Source: Nevskiales bacterium (GTDB lineage: Bacteria; Pseudomonadota; Gammaproteobacteria; Nevskiales; DATLYR01). From it: a stretch of 64,000 nt of DNA. Under the pieces are notes generated by a model, which did no database searches, was not told where the DNA came from, and saw nothing but the letters and a program-made list of their open reading frames with translations. Where the stretch lies: contig DATLYR010000087.1 of assembly GCA_035574475.1 (NCBI GenBank), positions 4,696 to 68,695 on the forward strand. The letters run 5' to 3'. The number at the start of each line of letters is the position of its first letter. Position 1 is the first letter of the stretch. Position numbers and translations under genes: made by a program. Of this stretch, positions 11,136 to 19,631 are shown piece after piece.

Positions 11136-14100
11136 TCAGCGGATCTGGCGCCAAGACTGACGACCGCTGTCATCACCCGCATACTCCCCCTTGCGGAAAA
11201 TGCCACCAGTCGTGCCGCTGGCCAGTTTGTACTGCTTGCGGTCATCGCCACCGCCCGAGCCCGAGCCGCCAGCATTAAGGATACCCGGTGTTTTGATGAT
11301 GCCCTCTGTGGATTTGCTGCCGCTGACGGGCACCATGACCGGGTTGCCGCCGATCGTGATCTGTACGAAGTCGCCGATCGTGAAGACACCGTCGTTGTTC
11401 AGGTCGAAGGGTGAGAAACTCAGCCGCGAGCCGCTAAGCGCATCCAACTCCATCAGCCAGCTGTCGCCCCCGAAGCCGCAGGGGTCATTGTTCGGAATCA
11501 GGGTGGTGAAGATGATGCGCCCGCCGCGCAGGATCGGATTGGCGACCTGGCGTTCGCCGCCGATCGGCAGGTCGATATACCAGCCCTTGTGGGTGTTGTC
11601 GATGCTGTTATTGCTGGTGACACGGACCTGATCGCTGCCTGGGCTGCCGTCCGGGTTGGTGAAACTGAAGGTCTGAGTGGCGATGACCTGCTGCTGCAAC
11701 AGGTTGGTCGTACTGCGACCGCTACCGACCGGGGCTGGCGTGCCCGTGCTGCCCTTGGTAAACAGGTCGCGGATGGCATAAAAGGACTGCACCACCTGCG
11801 TTGCAGTGCCCGTGGTGGTACAGCTCACCGTGCTGCCGTTGGTCGTGGTGCGTGCATCACAGTCCTCAAAATACTTGCCGGTGCCGACATAGACCATCTG
11901 CCCACCGGTCGGGTTGTTGCCAACCTCAGGCCGCGCGGTGATGGACTGACGGGTGTTATAGCAAGTGGTCGTGCTGCTGGCGTCGGTGCAGGCGGTGAAC
12001 AGCGGCTTGGGCGTGCTGCCCTGCTTGAAGCCGAAGTCCCACTGGCTGACGTTGTTGCTGGTCACGTCGAACTTCCACAGGTTGCCCCACAGGTCGCCGG
12101 CGTAGATGAAGTCCACGATGCGATCCTGGTCCACGTCTACCGGGATCGGTGAGGACAGGCCGTTCGGCTGCGAGGCCGAACCGACGCCCGTGTTGAATTC
12201 CTTGATCACGCTGCCGGTGGCCAGGTCGAGGATGTACAGCCGCGCGGTGTTGGAAGCGCTTTCATAGCCGTTTGCAACGATGGCGGCCCAGCTGCCGTTG
12301 TACATGCGGCCCATGCTGGGCTGGGGAATCGAGAATCCCATCTCGCTTCCGCCCGTGCTGCTGCTGGTGAATTCCCACAGCGGCGTCGAGGTACCCAGCG
12401 CCGACGGGTCGGTCACGTTCAGGGCGAAGACACCGCGCCCACCGGCGCCCAGCGCGCCGACCAGGATCGTGCGCCAGGCCGTGCTGCTGCCCAGCGTGAG
12501 ATAGGCGTCGATCACGCGCGAGGAGCCGTCCACAAAATAGCGGTGTTTCTGGTTGTAGCCGGAGGCTGGCAGGCCGACATTGCCCGGGTCGTCGGCGCGG
12601 CTGGCCTCAGTCAGGAAGCGCAGGTTCGGGATGATGGCATTGGGGACGTAGGCAAACAGCTCGTCGCCCGAATTCGGCTGCCCCGAGGTGGCGTTGAAGC
12701 CGTGCAGCATGCCATCGTTGGCACCGACGTAGATCATGGGGATGCGGTTCTGGTAAGCGCTGCTGGCACGGAAGGTCCGGTAGGCGCTGCCCTCGGTGCC
12801 TGGCAGCACATCGAAGCCGAAATCCTGCTTGCCGACGAACACTGGATCGGAATTGATGATGTCGCCTAGGCGACTGGTGCGCGGTCGGAAGTCTTGCGCG
12901 TCAGGCGCCTCACCCGAATCATCGCCACGCAGGTAGTTGACGACGGCCGTGCCATACGCATCGTCGCCGCTGCTGTTGTCGGGCTTGAGCTTGAGCGCAT
13001 TTTTCTGCGCACTGTTCAGGTTGGCATAGAGAAAGTTCACGCCGGTGCCACCGCTCAGCGTCACGATGTTACGGCTGCCCGGTGCGGGGATATGGTCCTT
13101 GGCGTCCCAGGCAGGGATGCCGACGGTGCCGCTGGATGAGACCGGATACGCCAGCAGCTGGCCGCTCCAGTCATTGGTGGAGAAGCGCGCCTGGAAGATC
13201 AGGGTGTCCGTGCTCAGGCGCGTGGAGTTGGTGGCGACGGAGGCAGCGGCGCTGGTGCGAGTCTGGATGTCCGAGATGGCGGAACGCAGCGCGGCGTTCA
13301 GTTCGGCGTCATTGTTGGCGGTGAAATAACGGCCATCGCCATAGAACGCGGCATCCTCCAGCATCTGGTTGGCGACGGTGAATCCGACCGTGTAAGTGCG
13401 CAGGCTCTGAATTGGAAAGCGCGGGTCGTTGAAGCTGCCGGCCGCAAGATCGTTACCACCGGTGCGCATGTCGATCTCGTAGCCGAACTTGGCGATATCG
13501 TCTAGATAATAGGTATCGCCTTCGGCATCGCCGCTGATATTGTCGCCGTCCGAAAAGCGCGCCGGCGGTGCGGGACTGAGGCCATCCCAGTTAGGCAGAC
13601 TGCGACTGCTCTCTCGCGGGTCATCGGGGTCGTTGGTTGGGAAGGTGCGGTCGAAAGTGGGTGCGCCGTCCGTCACCACGATCGCAAAGTTGCGCTGGCA
13701 GCGATACTGAATGGGGCTGGTGTAGCTCGTACTGGCATTGTAAAAGCTGGTCATACCGCGGAAGTAGCGGGTGATTTCGTACAGTGTCTCGGCCAGCGGT
13801 GTGTTGGTACTGGCGGTAAAACCGTTGATCGCCGAGACCAGGCTGCTGGTCGCCGTGCCGCACACGGCGTTGATTCTGCCGCCGGGTGCGCCATTGAAGC
13901 TGCTGCCGCTGCCACTCGGCGGATTGAACGAGGATAGGCCGATGCGCAGATTGGCGTTGCTATTGACGAAGTTGATGGCGACGTTCTTCGCCGTCTGCAG
14001 GCGGAAACTGCTGGGAATCAGCCCAGTGGTCAGGTCGCGGCCGCCATTGCCGGTGACGGTAGCATAGGTTTCGAACAGGTAGTTGAGGTAATTGCCGGTG

Positions 14101-14537
14101 TAACGCGTGGCATGTGCGCCGACCGGATCGGGCAGCAGCAGACAGCGTGTGGTGGAACCTTTGACGCCGCGAATACGTGCCGTGCCCGGTGTGCCGCTGC
14201 TGCTGACGCTGACCGAGTTGCAACTGCCACGATCGTCATAAATGTCGGACAGAATCACGTTGCCTTCCTGCGCAGTCCAGCAGGGGGTCTGACTTTGTCC
14301 ACCGCGATCGCAGTTGTAATTTGCCCAGTTGGGATAGGTTGTGTTCGGGTTGTAGCCCGTGGCCCAGATGATGTTGTTCATGCTGCCGGAGTTGTCGAAC
14401 AGCAGCATGACGTTGGGTGTGGCCGAAGTAGAGACAAACAGGGGCACAGTGGCGACGGCTGCATACAATCCGGCGCTTCCGAACAGGGTGCCCGCCGTTA
14501 ACAATACGATGCTGACCAGACGGATACGCTTGCGCAT
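11136..14537 (-). CDS. pilY1: Type IV pilus tip-associated adhesin/biogenesis factor PilY1 (PilC family)
   Basis: 1133 aa with a signal peptide. N-terminal vWA-like region with DxSxS (LLFDNSGSM). C-terminal PilC/PilY1 signature [35 protein letters not shown] lies upstream. Confidence 0.9.
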   Translation of the reverse strand: MRKRIRLVSIVLLTAGTLFGSAGLYAAVATVPLFVSTSATPNVMLLFDNSGSMNNIIWATGYNPNTTYPNWANYNCDRGGQSQTPCWTAQEGNVILSDIYDDRGSCNSVSVSSSGTPGTARIRGVKGSTTRCLLLPDPVGAHATRYTGNYLNYLFETYATVTGNGGRDLTTGLIPSSFRLQTAKNVAINFVNSNANLRIGLSSFNPPSGSGSSFNGAPGGRINAVCGTATSSLVSAINGFTASTNTPLAETLYEITRYFRGMTSFYNASTSYTSPIQYRCQRNFAIVVTDGAPTFDRTFPTNDPDDPRESSRSLPNWDGLSPAPPARFSDGDNISGDAEGDTYYLDDIAKFGYEIDMRTGGNDLAAGSFNDPRFPIQSLRTYTVGFTVANQMLEDAAFYGDGRYFTANNDAELNAALRSAISDIQTRTSAAASVATNSTRLSTDTLIFQARFSTNDWSGQLLAYPVSSSGTVGIPAWDAKDHIPAPGSRNIVTLSGGTGVNFLYANLNSAQKNALKLKPDNSSGDDAYGTAVVNYLRGDDSGEAPDAQDFRPRTSRLGDIINSDPVFVGKQDFGFDVLPGTEGSAYRTFRASSAYQNRIPMIYVGANDGMLHGFNATSGQPNSGDELFAYVPNAIIPNLRFLTEASRADDPGNVGLPASGYNQKHRYFVDGSSRVIDAYLTLGSSTAWRTILVGALGAGGRGVFALNVTDPSALGTSTPLWEFTSSSTGGSEMGFSIPQPSMGRMYNGSWAAIVANGYESASNTARLYILDLATGSVIKEFNTGVGSASQPNGLSSPIPVDVDQDRIVDFIYAGDLWGNLWKFDVTSNNVSQWDFGFKQGSTPKPLFTACTDASSTTTCYNTRQSITARPEVGNNPTGGQMVYVGTGKYFEDCDARTTTNGSTVSCTTTGTATQVVQSFYAIRDLFTKGSTGTPAPVGSGRSTTNLLQQQVIATQTFSFTNPDGSPGSDQVRVTSNNSIDNTHKGWYIDLPIGGERQVANPILRGGRIIFTTLIPNNDPCGFGGDSWLMELDALSGSRLSFSPFDLNNDGVFTIGDFVQITIGGNPVMVPVSGSKSTEGIIKTPGILNAGGSGSGGGDDRKQYKLASGTTGGIFRKGEYAGDDSGRQSWRQIR

Positions 14538-14568
14538 CTCTGACTCCTCCCGGATATCTGTGCTGGCT

Positions 14569-15120
14569 TCAGCGCTTGTAGGTGGATTGCAAGATCACGC
14601 TAGTGGTCCCGCTGATGCCGACGCCGCGCGCGGTGACGCGGTAGAAGCGCAGCTCATCTACCGGCGCGTCGGCTGCCAGGCTCTCGCCGGGCCCAGGGAT
14701 CAGCGGGAATTCCTCGAGGTAATAGCGTGCGCTGGCCTGGCTCAGCGGAGCCGGCGCGCTGCCGAACCCGCCGTAGGCGATTGCATTGGCAGCCCAGTTG
14801 CTGCTTTCGCTGCCGCCCTGCCACTGCTTCCAGTACGGCGGCTGGGCCGGGTCGGTGTATTCGCGCGCCCGATAGCGGCCGCCCGTGCCATCGAAGTCCG
14901 GCAGGGTGGGCGCGAGCAGGCTCTGCTCGCCGGCGCGCAGCGCCGCCTCCGCGGCCTGGAAGGCGACGTTATGGTCGGTGTTGCTGCCGGACATGCGCTC
15001 TTCGAGCAACGTGCTGCGCGCCGCCGACAGCCCGATCAGCGTCATGACCAACAGCACGATCATGCCGACGACGAGGATGACGCCGCTCTGCGATCTCGGA
15101 AACCGTGGGATGTGGCTCAT
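14569..15120 (-). CDS. pilX: Type IV pilus minor pilin PilX
   Basis: 183 aa. The hydrophobic N-terminus QSGVILVVGMIVLLVMTLIGLSAARSTLLEERM is typical of the PilX N-terminal domain. Sits between pilW and pilY1. Confidence 0.8.
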   Translation of the reverse strand: MSHIPRFPRSQSGVILVVGMIVLLVMTLIGLSAARSTLLEERMSGSNTDHNVAFQAAEAALRAGEQSLLAPTLPDFDGTGGRYRAREYTDPAQPPYWKQWQGGSESSNWAANAIAYGGFGSAPAPLSQASARYYLEEFPLIPGPGESLAADAPVDELRFYRVTARGVGISGTTSVILQSTYKR

Positions 15121-15133
15121 GGTCTGTCTCCGG

Positions 15134-16159
15134 TCACTGCGCCTTGTTGCGCAAAGTGAGGGTAGTGGTCACGGCTTGGTACATGCGGCCATCGCTGAAG
15201 GGGCCGACTGTGGTTCCCAGCAGATTGAACGTGCGGGTGTCGACATCGAAGCCGGCACGTTCCAAGCTGCGGAATAGCAGCGCAATCCGGATGCTGACCA
15301 CGTTGCGGAAACTGCCGACCTGGTTCGCGTTGCGGTAGATATCGGGCATCAAGTCGCCGTCGGTGTCCTCACCGTACTGCACTTGCAGGTTTTGCACGCC
15401 CTCGACCAGTTCCTGGGCTGGATCACTGCCCACGCGTCGCCACAGGGAGGGACCGCTGCCCGAGCCGCTGTTGCGGACGAAATAGCTGATCGTGGCCACC
15501 TTGAAGAGCTGCGAGCCGATCGGATAACGGCGCCCGAGATCCTGGGTCGCATTGCCTGGTGTTCCCGTACCCGTCTGGTGCACGATATTGCCGTTGCTGA
15601 CGGTATAGTTGGTGATCTGGAAGATGGCGCTGCCCAGACAATCGGATACCATCACGATATCGCCGTTGGCTACCGGCGGGGGACTCAGATTGTCCGTGAT
15701 CTTGAGGTCGGCAGACGTATTCGGCATTTCCTGCCGGATAACAACGCCGTCATCCAGCACGCCGCGCACCACCACCACGTCGGTACCGGTAACGACCGCT
15801 CCGAAGCCACTGGGTAGGGCCGGTGACCAGGTTCCGCCGCTGTTGCCCTCGAAGCCCTGCACCGGTGTCTGGAAGTCGTACAGGAAGGCGCTGGGGGTAT
15901 TCAGCGTGTTGTTGATGGGGGCCAGCGAGCCATCGCGCGCGCAGCCGCGGTAGCCGGCCATGCGCAGGTCGCGCCCGATCAGGTACAAGGCGTAACGTGC
16001 ATTCTCTTGAAGCCGGGAAATGCTGTCCTGTACCCGGAATGTGGCTTTGCTGTCGTCATAGCTCTTAAGCAGTGCCACCAGAATCAGCAGGCCCAGCGTG
16101 ATCGAGATCAGCACCTCGATCAGGCCGACGCCGCGTTGCCGTTTCCGCGTGCTGCGCAT
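15134..16159 (-). CDS. pilW: Type IV pilus minor pilin PilW
   Basis: Start at the 29th codon (MRSTRKRQRGVGLIEVLISITLGLLILVAL), directly after the pilV stop. Size and position fit PilW. Confidence 0.82.
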   Translation of the reverse strand: MRSTRKRQRGVGLIEVLISITLGLLILVALLKSYDDSKATFRVQDSISRLQENARYALYLIGRDLRMAGYRGCARDGSLAPINNTLNTPSAFLYDFQTPVQGFEGNSGGTWSPALPSGFGAVVTGTDVVVVRGVLDDGVVIRQEMPNTSADLKITDNLSPPPVANGDIVMVSDCLGSAIFQITNYTVSNGNIVHQTGTGTPGNATQDLGRRYPIGSQLFKVATISYFVRNSGSGSGPSLWRRVGSDPAQELVEGVQNLQVQYGEDTDGDLMPDIYRNANQVGSFRNVVSIRIALLFRSLERAGFDVDTRTFNLLGTTVGPFSDGRMYQAVTTTLTLRNKAQ

Positions 16160-16161
16160 GC

Positions 16162-16623
16162 TCAGAGTTCGGTCCTGAACACCAGGGTCATGAAGCGGTT
16201 GCTCTCGCTGGCCGCAAGATCCTGGTCCCATCTTTCGAGCCATTGCACGGTGACGGTGGCGACCCGGCCGTTGACCACGATCGCGCCGTCGCCGGCCGGC
16301 AGGTTGCTGTCCAGCGCGCTGAGCCAGTCGCGCAGGTCGCAGCTGGCGATCGTGGCGCAGGCGGTGGGTGCGCCGGCGCTTAGGGCGATGTTGTAAGCAC
16401 CGTTGAGCGCCGGCGTGCGGTTGGCACGCATGCGATCCAGAATCTCATAGGCTAGCGTGGTGGCCTCGAAACGGCTCAGCGCGCTATTGTTGTTCTTGAG
16501 CGTCGCAATCTGCAGCGCGGCCAGCGAGAGCAGGCCGATGGAGAGTATGACCAAAGTGACCAGCACCTCGATGAGTGAGAAGCCGGTCAGCTGCCCCCTG
16601 CGCACGATATTGCCAGCGCTCAT
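16162..16623 (-). CDS. pilV: Type IV pilus minor pilin PilV
   Basis: 153 aa, prepilin signal ...QLTG/FSLIEVLVTLVILSIGLLSLAALQ. 4-nt overlap with fimU. Confidence 0.85.
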   Translation of the reverse strand: MSAGNIVRRGQLTGFSLIEVLVTLVILSIGLLSLAALQIATLKNNNSALSRFEATTLAYEILDRMRANRTPALNGAYNIALSAGAPTACATIASCDLRDWLSALDSNLPAGDGAIVVNGRVATVTVQWLERWDQDLAASESNRFMTLVFRTEL

Positions 16624-17111
16624 GTGCAGGCCACCTTCGTTACTTCCGTTCGGCCTTGCGCCCTGACCACGACATCACGGTTGTTGTCGCCACGGCACCT
16701 GGAGATTCTGAGGCTGAATGTAAACTCAGCCCCACTCAGAAAACCCGTCTGTTCAAACACCAAGGTCGCCCGCGTGCCGGTCAGTGTTGCGCCGGTGGTC
16801 GCCTGAGTTATCGCCGGATAGGCCTTGACGGTAGCACCTGCCGAATTCCGGATCAGCCATCCGGTGGCCCAGTTCGTGCTGTCGGCGCAGGCGACCCCAT
16901 CCACGGTGGGGCACAGTGTGACCTGCTGCGCGCGTGTCACGGCTTCGCTGCGGGCGAGTCGGATAGCGGAGACGAGATCGTTGGCGATCGCAGCTGCGCG
17001 GTTGTTCTGCAGCAAGGCCTGCAGGGCCGGGGCGGCAAGCGTAGCCATTACGGCCAGCAGGGCCACCGTGACCATCAGCTCCACCACAGAGAAGCCGCGG
17101 GCAGTTTGCAT
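16620..17111 (-). CDS. fimU: GspH/FimT-family minor pilin (FimU-like), first gene of the operon
   Basis: 163 aa, MQTARG/FSVVELMVTVALLAVMATLAAP, followed by the GspH-type motif DLVSAIRLARSEAV. Confidence 0.78.
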   Translation of the reverse strand: MQTARGFSVVELMVTVALLAVMATLAAPALQALLQNNRAAAIANDLVSAIRLARSEAVTRAQQVTLCPTVDGVACADSTNWATGWLIRNSAGATVKAYPAITQATTGATLTGTRATLVFEQTGFLSGAEFTFSLRISRCRGDNNRDVVVRAQGRTEVTKVACT

Positions 17112-17228
17112 GCGCTGTGCACTTTATTTTTTCTGCTCTTGTGCAGTCTACTGGGATTAACTTCCCCAAGACAAGCGTGCTGAAAACGCCGATGAACGTA
17201 GATTAGCATTATTGACAATGGCATCCGG

Positions 17229-17768
17229 TTATATGCCGGAAATGCAGTCTTTGAGGCTCTCATCGCCTATCCGGGCTACGCGGGCGCGACCAACGACACT
17301 GATGATGATGGCGCGAGCATGCTGCGGCGCGGCAGTCGTGCACAGTGTCAGCGTGCGGTTGGTGGCATAGCCGCTGGGGTAATAGCGGATGTAGGCTGGC
17401 GTGCCACGCACCTGCGCTCCTCCGGGGCCGTTACGATGCGCCAACAGCAGGTTATCGCTGTCTGGGTTGAACTGCGGTGGCTGGCTGTAATCCTGGTCCC
17501 TGAACACCAGCCAGCCCTGCGACCAGGCTTTCGCGTCATGGGCACACAGGGCCCCATCCGCGCTGGGGCAGATGACCACGTCGCTGGCGTCTAGCACCGC
17601 GCGCAGGCGTGCCAGCTGGATGTGGGTCAGGAGCAGATTGGCACTGGCGACAACGCGGTTGCGCTCGTGCAGTTCCTGCAGCGCCGGCAGCGCCAGGCCG
17701 GCAAGCACGGCCAGCAACGCGACTGCGACCAGCGATTCGACGAGGGAAAAGCCCCGTTCCTGAGTCAT
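17229..17768 (-). CDS. fimT: GspH/FimT-family minor pilin (FimT-like), separate transcription unit
   Basis: Start at ATG 17768 (MTQERG/FSLVESLVAVALLAVLAGLALP) with AAGGA 8 nt upstream. The ORF-track start 18005 would run through the tRNA-like region. Paralog of fimU. Confidence 0.78.
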   Translation of the reverse strand: MTQERGFSLVESLVAVALLAVLAGLALPALQELHERNRVVASANLLLTHIQLARLRAVLDASDVVICPSADGALCAHDAKAWSQGWLVFRDQDYSQPPQFNPDSDNLLLAHRNGPGGAQVRGTPAYIRYYPSGYATNRTLTLCTTAAPQHARAIIISVVGRARVARIGDESLKDCISGI

Positions 17769-17859
17769 GCACGCCATCCTTGGCTGCGGCGATGATCGGT
17801 GAAGTGGCCTTAGGCTAAGACAGACCGCCACACGGGGCAAGTGTCCCGGACGAACATTA

Positions 17860-17888
17860 TTGAGGTGGTGAGACGGGGTGTTTATACT
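17860..17888 (+). promoter_or_regulatory. Putative sigma70 promoter in front of the degenerate tRNA-Thr copy
   Basis: TTGAGG (17860-17865), 17 nt spacer, TATACT (17883-17888). The predicted start is about 8 nt before position 17904. Confidence 0.45.
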
Positions 17889-17903
17889 GCGCAGCCTTCG
17901 TTG

Positions 17904-17979
17904 GCCGGCGTAGCTCAGTTGGGTGAGGCTGAGCGCAAGGCGAGCACGGCTCGCCGCGAGGCCGAACGCCCGGCCTTGG
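17904..17979 (+). pseudogene. Degenerate tRNA-Thr-derived, tRNA-like element
   Basis: The first 19 nt (GCCGGCGTAGCTCAGTTGG) are identical to the 5' end of the intact tRNA-Thr 131 nt downstream. A D-arm-like CTCA/TGAG is retained. CGCCCGGC (17967-17974) sits where the acceptor 3' strand should be. The anticodon/T region is replaced by hairpin GGCGAGC-ACG-GCTCGCC (17939-17955). No valid cloverleaf. The 3' boundary is approximate. Confidence 0.5.
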
Positions 17980-18034
17980 CCGGGCCGGGTCGCGGTATCC
18001 AACACTGCCGTGGCCCGGTGACAGGACAGAATTT

Positions 18035-18110
<76 letters not shown>

Positions 18111-18234
18111 CCTGACCGATCCCCCTCAATGCTTTGCGAAATCAGGCGCTGCTGCACCTGGCCACCGGTTCAGACTGGGTTAATACTGGGCCGTATAAAG
18201 TCGTCAGCAGACTTCCAACGAAGGAGACGGTTCC

Positions 18235-18744
18235 ATGAAAAAGCCCATCACACACATTCTTCTGGCCGGCTTTTGCGCGAGCGTACTGGCGGCCACGCCG
18301 GCGCTGGCGGCAAAGCCCGACAACCCCGGCAACGGCAAGGGCCGGGCAGCCGAGGCGGCGGGCCAGCCGGCCGCCGCCGAGCATGGCAAGTCCCATGCCG
18401 AGCATGGCAAGGGCGTGGCTGTCTCCAAAGGCGCGCACTTCGACGAGCGTCACCGGGACATCATCCGCGAGTACTTCGGCCGCGAATTCCGGCGGGGCAA
18501 CTGCCCGCCGGGTCTGGCCAAGAAGAACAACGGCTGTATGCCGCCGGGCCTGGCCAAGCAATGGGCCATCGGCCGGCCGTTGCCGCATGACATCGTGTTC
18601 TACGATTTGCCCTACGCGCTGCTGAAGGAGCTGGGTCGCGCACCGGACGGCTACAAGTACGTGCGCGTGGGGGCCGATGTCCTGATGATCGCGATCGGCA
18701 CCAAGATGGTCGTCGATGCCATTGAGGACCTGAACAGCCTCTAA
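18235..18744 (+). CDS. Secreted RcnB/CigR-like (PF11776-like) periplasmic protein, function uncertain
   Basis: 169 aa. Strong SD AAGGAG. Signal peptide MKKPITHILLAGFCASVLAATPALA/A. His-rich tandem AEHGKSH-AEHGKGV. Duplicated C-x-PPGLAK motif. C-terminal YVRVGADVLMIAIGTKMVVDAI resembles the RcnB/CigR family (recalled from memory). Confidence 0.7.
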   Translation: MKKPITHILLAGFCASVLAATPALAAKPDNPGNGKGRAAEAAGQPAAAEHGKSHAEHGKGVAVSKGAHFDERHRDIIREYFGREFRRGNCPPGLAKKNNGCMPPGLAKQWAIGRPLPHDIVFYDLPYALLKELGRAPDGYKYVRVGADVLMIAIGTKMVVDAIEDLNSL

Positions 18745-18763
18745 GGAACATCTGATCAATTCC

Positions 18764-18837
18764 TTCGTCATTCCGGCGCAAGCCGGAATCCAGCGACTTT
18801 TAAGGCTCTGGACCCCGGCCCCCGCCGGGGTGACGAA
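18764..18837. repeat. 74-bp MITE/REP-like palindromic element
   Basis: Terminal inverted repeats TTCGTCA / TGACGAA. Internal hairpins ATTCCGGC-GCAA-GCCGGAAT (18770-18789) and CCCCGGC-CCCC-GCCGGGG (18813-18830). Central TCCAG...CTGGA pairing. Single copy in this window. Confidence 0.55.
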
Positions 18838-18877
18838 TTAATCAGAGCTTCTTACTGCCTCGCGCGGCAGACAATAC

Positions 18878-18905
18878 GCGGGTCGCGAATGCGGCCCGCT
18901 TCTTT
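18878..18905 (+). terminator. Rho-independent terminator after the RcnB-like gene
   Basis: GCGGGTCGC-GAAT-GCGGCCCGC (9 bp with one G-U), followed by TTCTTT. Confidence 0.65.
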
Positions 18906-18921
18906 GTCGGGGCGTGTCGCA

Positions 18922-18949
18922 TTGACGGCCTGCGACATTGGGTTATCAT
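18922..18949 (+). promoter_or_regulatory. Putative sigma70 promoter of comEA
   Basis: TTGACG (18922-18927), 16 nt spacer, TATCAT (18944-18949). Leaves a leader of about 120 nt. Confidence 0.35.
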
Positions 18950-19072
18950 GGCCATGCCCGGAATCGGTCCGGGCAGCTCAGGATGAGCGCACCTGCGGCC
19001 ATGGATGGCTGTTCCCGGTCCTGTCCGCCCGCGTTCGTCCTGTGGATCCCAACCCGCACAGGAGAACCCAAG

Positions 19073-19372
19073 ATGTCGTTCATCAAGACCACGCTTGCCG
19101 CATTGCTGCTGGCTTCTTCCAGCCTCGTCTTCGCCGCCGGAACGGTGGACATCAACACCGCCGATGCCCAGACCCTGCAGACCCTCGACGGGGTGGGCCC
19201 GGCCAAGGCGCAGGCGATCATCGAGTACCGCCAGGCCAACGGGCCGTTCAAGTCGGTCGAGGATCTCGGCAAGGTACAGGGCATCGGCGAGAAGACGCTG
19301 CAGGCCAATCGCGATCGGATCAGCGTCGGCAAGACGGCCGAACCGGCCAAGAAGAAAACCGCCGCCAACTAG
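19073..19372 (+). CDS. comEA: Periplasmic DNA-binding competence protein ComEA
   Basis: 99 aa from ATG 19073 (SD AGGAG 8 nt upstream). Signal peptide MSFIKTTLAALLLASSSLVFA. Tandem helix-hairpin-helix region VDINTADAQTLQTLDGVGPAKAQAIIEYR...LGKVQGIGEKTL. Confidence 0.9.
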   Translation: MSFIKTTLAALLLASSSLVFAAGTVDINTADAQTLQTLDGVGPAKAQAIIEYRQANGPFKSVEDLGKVQGIGEKTLQANRDRISVGKTAEPAKKKTAAN

Positions 19373-19390
19373 CCGGCGGTATGCCCGTAC

Positions 19391-19427
19391 GGGCCCGGCG
19401 GGCAGTGCCGCCGGGCCCGTCTCGTTT
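19391..19427 (+). terminator. Rho-independent terminator after comEA
   Basis: GGGCCCGGCGG-GCAGTG-CCGCCGGGCCC (11-bp perfect stem), followed by GTCTCGTTT. Confidence 0.75.
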
Positions 19428-19478
19428 GGCGGGAATCTGGCCGCTGGGGCGGCCCATCGGGTATTCTTATGCGTCTTC

Positions 19479-19570
<92 letters not shown>

Positions 19571-19631
19571 TCCCGGAACCCCCTAAATCGCAAGATCAGG
19601 CAAGCCAGGCCAGGCCTGTGGAGAGCAAACG

